Shown one piece after another: positions 28,101 to 39,620 of a stretch of DNA of 64,000 bases; the first letter of the stretch is position 1, and the number at the start of each line of letters is the position of its first letter. Below the pieces are notes generated by a model. The model was not told the DNA's origin, did not search any database, and was given only the letters and a program-made list of their open reading frames with translations. The DNA is from the human T2T-CHM13v2.0 reference genome, Homo sapiens. The stretch lies in the NCBI RefSeq assembly GCF_009914755.1, contig NC_060925.1; one strand, written 5' to 3'. Both the position numbers and the translations under genes were made by a program.

Positions 28101-29650
28101 ATAATCCATATGCCTTTTCTTTCTTTTTCTTTACTTATTACATTAACCAGTACTTCAAGTCCAATACTGAATAGAAAGAGTTTCAGTGGGTGTCCTAGAC
28201 TGATACTTCACTTTACAGCTATGTCTTGACTTAGTCCGTGTTCCCTGTGAACACCACCTTACCTCTGACCATCCTGCCCACTTTACGTGGCATTGTTGAT
28301 TAGTAATTTAGTTCCTTTTTTGTGTATGTATTCATAAATTAGACATTATATATATATAAATAAAATTGTCATTATATCCACTAATATCTTTTGCTCCTCA
28401 CACCATTTTCTTGCAGACCATTCTTTTCTTCCATTTAAATTTCCTCCCCAAGAAATGTCTTATAGTACTTATTTCCCCTGAACTTGTATAGTAAACTCTC
28501 TATTTTCCTGGAAAAGTCTTTATTTCGAGTCATAATTTAGCTATTTTCAACACTTGATGATATTATTCTATCACTTTCTGGCCTGGCCTCTATTATTATA
28601 ATTAATAATCTAATTGCTGCTTCTTGTAGGTAATCTGTCTTTCCTCTCAGGATGCTTTTAAGATTTTTTCCTTCATATTTTTGGATCTTTTGATATTTCA
28701 CTAGAATATGTGTGTATAGGTTGAATTTATTTTTATTTATCCTCCTTAGAATTCATTGAATTTCTTGACTTGGAGGATTTATATCTTTCATCAATACTAG
28801 AAAATTTATCCTACAGATCTTCAAATATTGTCTTTCTGCAGTCTCTATGATCTCTTTATAGAAGTCCCATTAGATATATTTTGGGTCTCTTCATTCTGTC
28901 TTCCATGTCTGTTAACTTTAATCATATTTTCTCTATTTTTATCTCCCTGGGCTGTATACTGTGGAGTTTCCTCATATGTGTTTTCCTGTTTACTGACACT
29001 CTCCTTAGTTATATATAATCTAATAGTTAACCTATCTATTGCCTTTAATTTCAATGATTATATATTTTATTACAAGAAATTTTGTATTTGCCACTTTTTC
29101 AAATTATCTTTTTTTCATTTCATTGCATTCTATTATTTTATTTCTTTACATATCTTTTCTATTATTTCAAGTACTGGAGCTTTAATCTTCTTGTTCTTTG
29201 TATTAGCTAACTTATCCTTATGCTGATTATTTCCTTGTGTGCTTCAAAAATTTTGATTACAAGTCATGTTTAGTAGTGCTTGTTTTCCCCATGGAAATGC
29301 AGTGTACTCAGGATTGTGAGAGTAGCCTAATAGAGTAGTTTTGTTTGGTTTTCTTACTTGACCCAGGGGTGTTATTTTCTTGGCCTAAGTGTTCCTGAAT
29401 CCCGCTGAACATGTAAATTCAGCCCATAAATCCATGTCACACACAATCCTGAGTTTTGATTTCTCAGGGTTTTGCTTTTTCTCATTCACTCAGAGACAGA
29501 AGCTTCCTTGTTATCTATTTTTGCTGTAGAGTTGATTTTCATGCAGTTTATTTAACTGAAGGTACAGTTCTTTAAGGGTTATAGCTTAGCGCAGAATCTT
29601 AGTTCCAACTTCTGTCCACATAAGGTCTAAAGACCTTATCACTTCTCTTG
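25190..29650 (-). mobile_element. Block of old antisense L1 (L1ME-like) fragments
   Basis: T-rich tract with antisense L1 motifs: ATTCCTAGGATTAGAATTATTGGG, ATACCTAAAAGTGGAATTGCTG, GCCAATCTGATGGGTGTGAAATGG, CAACACCATTTA. Confidence 0.75.
26479..26795. mobile_element. Tigger7/MER44-like TcMar DNA transposon (MITE) nested in L1
   Basis: Terminal inverted repeats CAGTAGTTCCCCCTTATC / GATAAGGTGGGGACTACTG with TA duplication on both sides (26477-26478 and 26796-26797). Confidence 0.9.
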
Positions 29651-29668
29651 AGTGGACATTAAAACTTA

Positions 29669-30037
<369 letters not shown>

Positions 30038-31228
30038 TTAAATCTTTGTTACCAGGACTAGTTACTGCCTATGGGACAGCTGCAATTTCAATTCACACGC
30101 TTCCTCCTTTGTATTTCAATTCCTCCTAGGGATTTCCTTTTATATCTTTCAAGTTCAGCAATATATCTTTTCAAATATATTTGAAAATATATTTCTGTAC
30201 TTTATCAGTTTTTCTAGAAATGTGTAGCAAGAGATTTTCTTATTCTGCCATCTTTCTAGTACTGAATCCTTGAATGACTTTTACAAAGAGAATAAAATAG
30301 GAAAGCATAAAATAGTCCCTGGGAAATACACACAGTCTTCTAAGACTTGAAACTAGATGTTCCTAATGGAGAGGTTAGTAAGAGTGCCGGACACAGCACA
30401 GGGGAAGATTTGAGGAAGGAAGTGGGTGAGAAACAGCAGTGCATTAATGGGCAATTACTTTCTGCCCCCTCAGATGGTACGTGAGTGCTTAGCTAATGGC
30501 AGTTCACTTAGAAAAGTGATCATTGGTAAGTCCTTACCAGCAGCTCCCAAAAATATCTTGCCTGAAGTGATCGAGCCTTTTTAGGAAACGAAAGATCAGA
30601 TTCAGAAAGCAAGGAGATGGTTCTCAAATTCTAGTGAAGACAAATTCTAGAAGAAAAGCTTTCAAAGGGTGTTGTTGACCAGAGAAGCTGAAGGATTCAA
30701 GCTTTCTTGTAGCTTTATAAATAAGAAGGGAAAGAAAACAGAATGAAAAGCAGGGGATGAGGGTACACAGGGTTGAGTTGAAAGCATGAGTGTAGGAGTT
30801 TTCACTGCAGACATAGCTGATTTGAGGGGGAAACATTGTTTTGCAGGGCTTGTGACCAAATTTCTTAGGATCCAAAGTGTCAGGAGAAATCCTATTTATT
30901 TGAAATCTAGTTGATAAGCCTTAAGCTGATTATGTCAGGTTGAGGTCACTTTTTCTTTTCAGCTTGGGTTGTCCCTTCAGACTCTGCTGTCCCTTCAGTT
31001 TCTTTTATCTTAAGGCATGGAGCCCTGTGCAGGCCTATGAGACCATCAGAAAAATAGAGGTGCAGCTCTGAGTTCACTCCAACTCTCAAAGGCTGTGACT
31101 TACTAGATATGAGGGAGAAAATGAAAGTGTACATAGTGAGGCAAATGCATTCCACTGGGGTTCCTGCATTCCTGGTCATGATGTTGATGAGTCCTATGAG
31201 CTAGAGCAATCTATTTAATTATTCTACA

Positions 31229-31446
31229 CCAGGAGTCTCAACTGGGAGGTGATTTGGGCCCCAAGGGTCATTTAGCAATGTTTGGAAACATTTTTGATTG
31301 TCACAGCTGAGTGGGGGAAGTATATCTGGTGTCTAGTGGCTACAGGCCAGGGATGCTGCTGAATATCCTACAGTGCAAGGGCATCCCCTATGACAAAGAA
31401 TTATGTGACTCAGAAATGCCAATAATGCTGAGCTTAAGACACCCTT
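31229..31446 (+). mobile_element. MER20 (hAT-Charlie DNA transposon)
   Basis: TCTCAACTGGG..CATTTAGCAATGTTTGGAAACATTTTTGATTGTCACA..GGCCAGGGATGCTGCT..ACAAAGAATTAT. Confidence 0.88.
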
Positions 31447-31899
31447 CTCTACATGTCTTTTCTTATCTGCAACATGGAGGGGTTAGAAGAAGAGGTTGAT
31501 GTGTGTGGCTAGATTAGGTTATTACCCATCTGTCTAACAGAGAGCACTTCAACCCACATCACATCTCTAGATACATGGAGGAAATGAAATTAGTTGAAAA
31601 TGTTCCCCAATTTTCTACCAAAGAACAAAATATTGTACTCGAGATGTGAGCTTTGCAGGTTCACGGTGACCACTGTGTCTGCCTCCACGCATTGGGTCAT
31701 TGGTCTTGTCATGTTAGGTTTGCGAGTTGCACTTGCACCTGTGAAGGGAAGGTTGAGGACAGGCTTCCTTGAGCTGAACTGATTGTCTCCAGAATGGTTT
31801 TATCAGCTGTAGCTTCTCCCACAGCACCTTCCCAACATGGTGCAGATCCTAAGGAGTCCATGTCCTGCTTGTGTCCATTTGGCTTTGTTTATAGTTTCC

Positions 31900-33200
31900 A
31901 TTCATTTATTTATGCATTTATTCATTCATTTAATAAACATGTATTCAGAGTCCACTAGACATAAGGCAGTGCATTAGTTACTATGGAGAATGCAAAGATG
32001 AATGAGCCAAGCCCCTTGTAGTATAGTGGGGAGCCAAGATGTGTACACCACAGTATCTGAGGCAGGGTGACATAAAGTGCCAGCAGTACTCAGAGGAGAG
32101 AGAGATCACTTTTGTCATATGACCACAAATTGCTTCATAAGGGAGGTAGCATATGGGCTGGGCTTTTAAGTCTAAATAATTTTTTGGCAGGTGGCTATGG
32201 AAGAAGGGGTAAGGAAGGGAGAAAGAAAATGAGAAATGATATGGAGGAGGTCAATTACAAGGTGTTCTCAGGGAAGGGTTAACAGTCCTGCTTCATTGGA
32301 GCAGTAGTAGGAGATATTGCTAGGAGCATAATGGCAGGTAATAAGGACTTAGACTGGATGACATTTAAGTTTTCTTTCAACCCTAAGATGATAAGATCTT
32401 ATGATTGGATAGTTATATTTGATAGGCACTAGAAAACTCATTCATTCATTCAACAACAACAAAAAATTTATTAAAATTTTTTTTTTAACCAGATACTGTT
32501 CTAGGCATTGGGGATACAACATTGTACAAGCGCTTCAATTTTATTGCACTGAAAGGTGAGATAGGGTCAGAGTTGAGCTGTGCAATGAATTTTTGTGGTA
32601 GAACCTGGAAGAGGAAGATGGATGAGGAGACTCTGCCCATCTCCTGAATGGAAGGTAATACTGACTCGAGGGGTGGTGGTGCAAATGGCAAGGACAGGAA
32701 GACTGTGACTGTGGCATAGAGAGAAAAATGACAGGGCTTGGGGAATGCTTGTTGTGGGAGTTGGAGTCAAGGATGCAGCCAAAGTTTTGTGCCCGAGTTA
32801 GGGGGAGACTGCAATGCTGCAAACAGCATTAGAGACCTAGGAGGGAGCTGGTTTGTAGAGAAAGAGGATGAGTTTGCTTTTAAACAAACTGATTCATGGT
32901 GCTGTCAGGTCATCCAGGTGGAGGTGCCCATTTGAGCCATGGTGAATATAGTACCAGACAACAACAAAAACAAAAACCAACAAAAAACAGAGCCGAAGAT
33001 AAAGGTTTGGAAGTCTTCTGGATATTAGCTTTATTTGAAGCCATCCATATGGATGAGATCACTGAGAGAGTGCATACATAGTGAAGAAGGCAGACACCGG
33101 GATCTGAGGAATGTTCACATTTAGGAGGCAGGAGAAGGAAAGGTGAAGAAGATGAAGGAGCAGTTAGGGAGGTAGAAGGAGGAGTTTGGAAATGCTCCTG
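31900..33200 (-). mobile_element. LINE-2 fragments (two 3' ends, at about 31900 and 32440)
   Basis: (CATT)n tails followed by antisense L2 motifs. Confidence 0.65.
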
Positions 33201-33461
33201 AGGGAGGCAGGAAGAGGAAAGCCAATTCATGCTGAGTCCCAATATATAAGAATGTGTGCACACCCTAATAGCCTCCAGGGAAACAGACTTTGGGGTGAAA
33301 AAATTCCCTGGAACATATTTAGCTGTAAAAGTGTTGAGCCACCTTATCATGTTATCACTTCTTAGTGCTTCAGCCAGAGGGTGAGGAGGGAGGGGGAGTG
33401 GAGGAGGCTTTCCAGTGAGTCATCCCTCCTGCATGTTAGGAGTTTTGGTTAAAAGATTTAC

Positions 33462-33572
33462 AGAGAGAGAGAGTGAGAGAGAGAGAGTGAGAGAGAGAGA
33501 GCGTGAGAGAAAGAAAGAGAGCAAGAAAGCGAGAGAGAGAGCACGAGAGCACACAAGTGAGCGTGAGCGAGC
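33462..33572 (+). repeat. Degenerate (GA)n purine-rich repeat
   Basis: Direct reading. Confidence 0.9.
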
Positions 33573-33587
33573 TGCTTGATTTATTTT

Positions 33588-33941
33588 AATTTTTTTTAGA
33601 GATGGAGTCTCTAAAATATTTTTTTTTTTATAGATAGGATCTCTGTCACCCAGGTTGGAGTGTAGTGCTGTGATCACAGCTCACTGCAGCCTTGAACTCC
33701 TGGGTTCAAGCATTCCTCCCATCTCAGCCTCTTGAGTAGCTGGGATTATAGGCATGTGCCAAAACACTTGGCTAATTTATTTTTATTTTTATTTCTTGTA
33801 GAGGCAGATTCTCTATGTTCTCTATGTTCTCTATTCTCTCTATGTTGCCCAGGCTGATCTCAAACTCCTGGCTTTGGGTGATCCTCCCATCTCGGCTTCC
33901 CAAAGTGCTGGGATTACAGGCGTGAACTGCCACATCTGGCC
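33588..33941 (-). mobile_element. AluJ SINE with internal micro-duplications
   Basis: Reverse Alu with TSD TTGATTTATTTT at 33576-33587 and 33942-33953. Confidence 0.93.
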
Positions 33942-34321
33942 TTGATTTATTTTCTAATAGGTTCCTAGGGCACTGTGGCAACAATGCCTTTTCCCCTGAG
34001 AGGTATATAACCAAGGAGAGGACATTTGGGGACCTTCTATGATTGATTTTTGTCTGTGCCATCTTGTTCCCCATAGCCTTGATGGCCAAGTGGCTATGTG
34101 GGGATCTGTAGTTCACACAAAGCCTACAGTTCCCAGGTAAAGGGACTTTTTATCTTTTCACCTTTGGCCATGGCTTGGAGGAAGCTTTGGGCCTACTGCT
34201 TGGCTCTTATCAAGTCCTGAGTGACCCCCTGCTCTTCTACGCTAGGCCCTTGAAACTCTCCTCAACTAGTCTTAAGTTCCAGGCTACAATTTCTCCTTCA
34301 GCTTGTCTCTTGCAATAAGGT

Positions 34322-34712
34322 TGTCTTGGTCTGTTTTTGCTCCTATAACAAAATACTCTAGAACGGGTAATTTATAAACAGCATAAACTTATTTCTCACA
34401 GTTACGGAGCCTGGGAAGTCAAAGATCAAAGTGCTGGCAGGTTAAATGTCTGTCGAGGACACGGTCTCTGCTTTCTTGAATGCTGCTTCCTCCAGAGTAG
34501 CTGATGGCAGTATCCTCACATGGCAGACAGCTGATGGACAAAAAGGGCCTAGCTACTTCTCTCCAGCCCTTTTATAAAACACTAATCCCATCCATAAGAT
34601 TAGCCCTGATGGCTTAATCATGTCCTAAAGACTTTACCTCTTAATACTTCTGCATTGGGGATTAAGTTTTAACATGAAATTTGAAGGTGATGCAAACATT
34701 CAAACCATAGCA
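34322..34712 (-). mobile_element. MaLR solo LTR (MSTB/MSTC-like)
   Basis: TGTCTTGGTC..GGGTAATTTATAAAC..AAACATTCAAACCATAGCA with a 5-bp TSD AAGGT/AAGGG. Confidence 0.88.
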
Positions 34713-34719
34713 AAGGGCA

Positions 34720-34930
34720 GTAGTAAGATGTAGTCTCTGGCATTTGGCAGGCCCAGGCTCCAAGTGTAGTTCTGTGTGATCTTAGTGTAGGAACTTAGTT
34801 TCTCTGATCTTTATTCGCCTTATTTGGGAAATGGTTGAAGCTAACCATACCTATGTTGTAGGATTCTTGTGCAGATCAACGAGGCAACACATATATAGTG
34901 CTTCAGCCTTCCACAGATGTTGGTTACTGT
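34720..34930 (+). mobile_element. MIR SINE fragment
   Basis: Degenerate MIR core (CTGTGTGATCTT..ACTTAGTTTCTCTG..ATACCTA). Confidence 0.5.
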
Positions 34931-35161
34931 TGCTGCTTTGAAGAGTTTCTTTGATTTTTTTTTTAACTTAATACTCTTTTGGTTGAGTTGCTTTCAGAAT
35001 TTCTTTCCCTTTTCTCCCAATGTTTTTCAATTAAGAAAAAAATGTAATTAATTTGAAGAAAATTATAACCTAACACCTCTTAGCCAACTTCTGTGCGGCT
35101 CTTGGGGAAATAAAGGGCCGTGAATGCTTTGATTATAGTGATATAATTCCCTTTTGGAAAT

Positions 35162-36105
35162 AAGTTTGTTTTTTTACATCATCTATAATGCCTGGTGTCT
35201 GTCCCTGCAAATATAACAATAATACCACCCACAGTGGTGTGACACTCTGTGTTTACAAAGAATTTTCATACATATCAACAATCTCAGTATCATTCTGTAA
35301 ACTGGGTCTTTCACCCTCAGTGAAAGTAATCCCTTTTCTGATATCACCACCTCATAAAGGTATCTGCACCCTCATGTTCATTGCAGCATTATTTACAATA
35401 ACTAGGATATGGAAAAAACAAAATGTTCATCGATGGATGAATGGATAAAGAAAATGTGGTGTATGTAGACACACACACACAATGGATTTTTATTCTGCTG
35501 TAAAAAAGAAGTAGATCCTGCCATTTGCCCCAACATGGATGGACCTGGAGGACATTATGCTAAGTGAAATACACACAGCATGATCTCACATATGTAGAAT
35601 GAAAAAGGGAATGAAACAGTGGTTAGCACCAGTGGGTGGGGGGTGGGGACTGGAGGAGGAAGTAGGGAGACGTAGGTCAAAGGATACAAAGTAGGTATGT
35701 AGGATGAATGAGTCTAGAGATCTAATGTGGGGCATGTGGAATAAAATTAATAAAATTGTATTGTATTAGAGACTTGTGTTAAATAAGTAGATATCAGCTG
35801 CTCTTGTTACAAAAAAAGTAACTATGTGAGATAATGGATGTTAATCTTCTTCACTGTAGTAACCATCTTACTATCTATATGTATCCGATAACATCCTGTT
35901 GTAAATCTCAAATGTACACAATAAAATTTATTTTTTAAAAAAGGAAGTTGTCTTTTGACATCACCTATAATGCCTGGTATCTGTACCTGTAAATATAATA
36001 GTAATACCACCTACAGTGGCATGACACCGAGTTTACAAAGCATTTTAATACACATCTCTACCATCTCAACATCATTCTGTGAGCTGGGTCTTTCAGCCCC
36101 AGTGA
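35162..36105 (+). repeat. Pair of ~160-bp direct repeats (35162-35323 and 35945-36105) flanking the L1MA
   Basis: The two copies align co-linearly by eye at roughly 80-85% identity. Confidence 0.92.
35341..35942 (+). mobile_element. 5'-truncated L1MA (L1MA7/8-like) 3' end
   Basis: TATCTGCACCCTCATGTTCATTGCAGCATTATT, GAATGGATAAAGAAAATGTGG, ACATGGATGGACCTGGAGGACATTATGCTAAGTGAAATA, a G-rich tract, AATAAA and an A tail. Confidence 0.92.
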
Positions 36106-37199
36106 GCTGGTGACTGTCTTCAGGTTTTAGATGCACGCGTGCGTGTGTGTGCGCGCGCACTTGAGGTATTGCTTCTTTTAACACAAAAAGCTGAAGTTTC
36201 AAAGCAGGTGGGGTGTGGGTTAAACACCGTTCTAAATGGCAGGCCTGCTGTTCATGGGGAGGGAGAGTGGCCTGAAAGTTTAAAAATAACCTGAACATTA
36301 TAGACTCCTGTGAATTCTACAGCCCAGAGCACTGTGAGTCTGTGGGTGTTTTACCTGCTGGAGTGCAGGCAGGAAAACTAGTTGAGATGCAGGAGGATTT
36401 AAATTCGCTGAGTCCTTTAGTGGCATGGGCTGGCAGCAGAAGTATTTGTGAAAAAAAATTAAAGCCAGAACTAATGATCAGGATCGATGTTCCTGAATGG
36501 TAGGAACAGTGCTACCCTTTGATTTGCTGAACACCGCATAGTATTTGTATCGCCGGTGCAGCAGACCCTTGTTTTCTATGACTGAACAACTATCCTTCCC
36601 CCTTGCTCCCTGAACTCCCTTACTGACCTCTCCAGAGTTTGGCTGATACCTTTTGCAGATAGCTAACTGAGGCTGGCCTACCAGGGAGCTCAGGGTTGGG
36701 ACATTTTGGATAGACTTAGCCATTCATTGAAAAACAAGTAAATGGTGTAAAACCATGCTAATTATGCATAAATTATGGGCAATAGCATACCCTTTGAATT
36801 TTGAGAGTTTTGAAGGGTTGAAATAATTTTTGAATTAGCACTCAGTTCTTGATCTGACTCCTGTTGCTCTGGGATATTGCAATGCAAAATGACAGCAGCA
36901 GTAGGAGGAGCAGGTTGGGCTACGAATGTATCATCACATTTGGTTTATCAGTAGCCCCATGCGATTCAGAGGGCAGGTACTACTTTTGCCATTTTTGCAT
37001 GTAAGGATATAAACCCAACCAGGACTGAGGTGCAAGCCTCCTGGTGTTGTTTCCACCCTGATAACTCATTTATTCTGAGGCCCTTCGGCACCATCTGTAG
37101 AGTCTGGATATATTCTTGCCTCTTGGAACTGTAGAATCATCATGAAATCTCTATTCTCTAGCTCAAATTTCTATTAATGATATCAGCGAGATGAATTAA

Positions 37200-37440
37200 A
37201 GTGGCTAAGATAATGGGTTTTGAAGTCAGGGTGACCTAGGATTGATCTTTTGCTATGTCACCCACCACCTATGTGACCATCAGGGAAGTTACTTAGTTCC
37301 TTTCAGTCTTGCTTCTCTTCCTGTAAAATGGGGTTTATAATAGCACTTGCCACATGGGCTTATTTTGAGAAATAAGGAAAGTGAATCTGGTTAGCATGGA
37401 GCCTTGCACATTGTAAGTATTTAATACCTAGGACAAATAA
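37200..37440 (+). mobile_element. MIR SINE
   Basis: GTGGCTAAGA..TGTGACC..AAGTTACTTA..CTGTAAAATGGGG..GCACATTGTAAGTATTTAATA. Confidence 0.75.
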
Positions 37441-38569
37441 TATTATAAACAGCATCACCTATACTTTTCTTTGTAATTATTCTTTATTTGTTTGATCCAT
37501 GTCCATTTTTCTTTTTTTTACAGCTCCAGAATTTGCAATATGAAAATAGAGATTATTTAAACAAAGGAAAGTAGCATAACTGGAAACTTTGAATTATTCT
37601 ATTAATACTTGACTACATATGGAAGAATATTATTGAAAAATATGATCCAGTGATGGGGTGGTTTTGTGAAAAAATACAAGCCTTTAAAGGAAAAAGCTAA
37701 ATCTTGAGTGCATGTATATGTGTGTGTCCAAGGAGTTGGCTTGTCAGTGGTGTTAGGAGGATTTCAGAAATTCTCTCTTGATTGAGAATTACATTTCCAC
37801 CTTTCCAATTTGTAAACTGCACATTAGGAATATTCAGAAACCTGCAAAAGAGCCTGTAATTCTTCACATTTGAATGTACTGTATTAAGCCTGTCTGAAAA
37901 CTTCCCGTAGCATGGGAAGATAACCTGCATGTTTGTACACTTGGCTGGCAGAACGTGAGATCACATCAGAATCTAGTGCATGTCTTTGCAAACGTGTGTG
38001 TCATTTTCATATGTAATTCTTCATAAGAGAAATAGGCATGATGACATTTGCCTTTTTGTAAAGAAGAGATAGAACGAATTAATACTGTAGTTGATATGGG
38101 TTTTTTTTGAAGCAGGACTTTATTATCTTATGTTTAATTTTCTGTGGAAAGGGATCTCAAAATATTCTTTAGGTGGGGAGCTGTTTCCTTTTAATAACTG
38201 ATTCCCCAGATCTTATTTCAACTCCGTTTCTAAGAGCAAGAAATATTCCTCATAAGACAATGAACCCTATTGTTTAATGATTGATAAGATGGTGCTTGGG
38301 CAGTTAGTGTGCTGGAGAAGTTACCCCTGAGTTAGAGGCACTTAATTTCCTACAAGGGAAGTAAATACCCCTTTTTGATATATATTTATTCCTGTTTATA
38401 TCATCTGGGTTGATGTCCACTCAACTCACAAGAAACAGCTGGGAACACCTGGCAGCAGAGAGAGGCTTCTAGTCAGAGCTAGAATGTGTTAGGGGAAGGG
38501 TAGCTCCTCAGACAGGGCCCAGATACCTGATTGATGCCCAAGCTCTTTTTCACCAATAACAGTTGCAGG

Positions 38570-39620
38570 AGATCCATGCATTCAGTGACAATTTATTTTG
38601 CAAAGGCTTGCTATGAGGATAACATAATGCAGGCACTCTAGGTAAAAGAACAAAGAGAAAGATATGTCCTCTACTCCTGAGAAGCTTACACCATAGTTGA
38701 GGAGACAAGGCATACATAATTGAAAAACTAAATATGAATATAATGGCAAAGTTACAGTTATGACAATATCAGTGATAAAACAGTACTATGAACGATACAG
38801 AAATTCTGTGAGTTTATAGGAGGTACAGGTCAGTGTTGGAGAGATTATGAAAGGCTTTGTGGGAGAGCAGATTTGAACTGGACCATGCATAGAAGGATGC
38901 CTAGGAGTGGGAGAAGCAGAAAAGAGGAAGAATATTTTTGGGGCAGTGTGAAGCAGGCGCTGTGAGCAGGGCTTTGAGGCAGGAATGGGCATGACACGTT
39001 TGTTTATGTACCTCATACTATGGTACGTGAGGAGATAGTGTTGGAAAGATAGGTTGAATTCTGATTGCCTTGAATTGTCAGGCTAAGGTGTCTGGCCATT
39101 TTATAGGCAGTGGGGAGCCACCGAAGTGATGACAATGTAACATGCATAGCAACTGGCATTTTGGGAGGGGGAGCTTGCTTTGAAGGATTTACAATGACGT
39201 CACTTTTACACATATTGAGTCTGGGGATGAGGGACAATCCATATGCAGCTACCCCTAACTTCATTGGACACCTGGGTCTGGAAATGAGGCGAAAGGTGAG
39301 GTCTAGGAGCTAGATGTGGTGTGGAGGGGGTAGTTGAAATGGCAGGTAAGGATATAATCTTGAAGGGAGAGAAGTCAGACAGAGGAAAGGGGTTGGGGAC
39401 AGACCCATGGGTGCCCTACAGGTGAGAGCAGTAAGAGGAAGAGAAGGAAACGGTGAGAAACTGGGAGATGTGGTGGCTGGGATGCCAAGAACGATGACCT
39501 CTGAGGAGAGGGGGAGGTCAGTGGTGTCAAATGCTGCAGAGTGGTCAAGTAGGAGGGTAAAAAAAGGGACCATCAGGGGTTCAGTGGTAGTCTTAGAGCA
39601 ATTTCTGTGGAGTGGAAGGG
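38570..39620 (-). mobile_element. LINE-2 with an RT remnant
   Basis: The minus-strand ORF 39310-39573 contains LLLDHSAAFDT (compare RT motif LDLSAAFDT); the L2 3' end is at about 38570. Confidence 0.8.
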
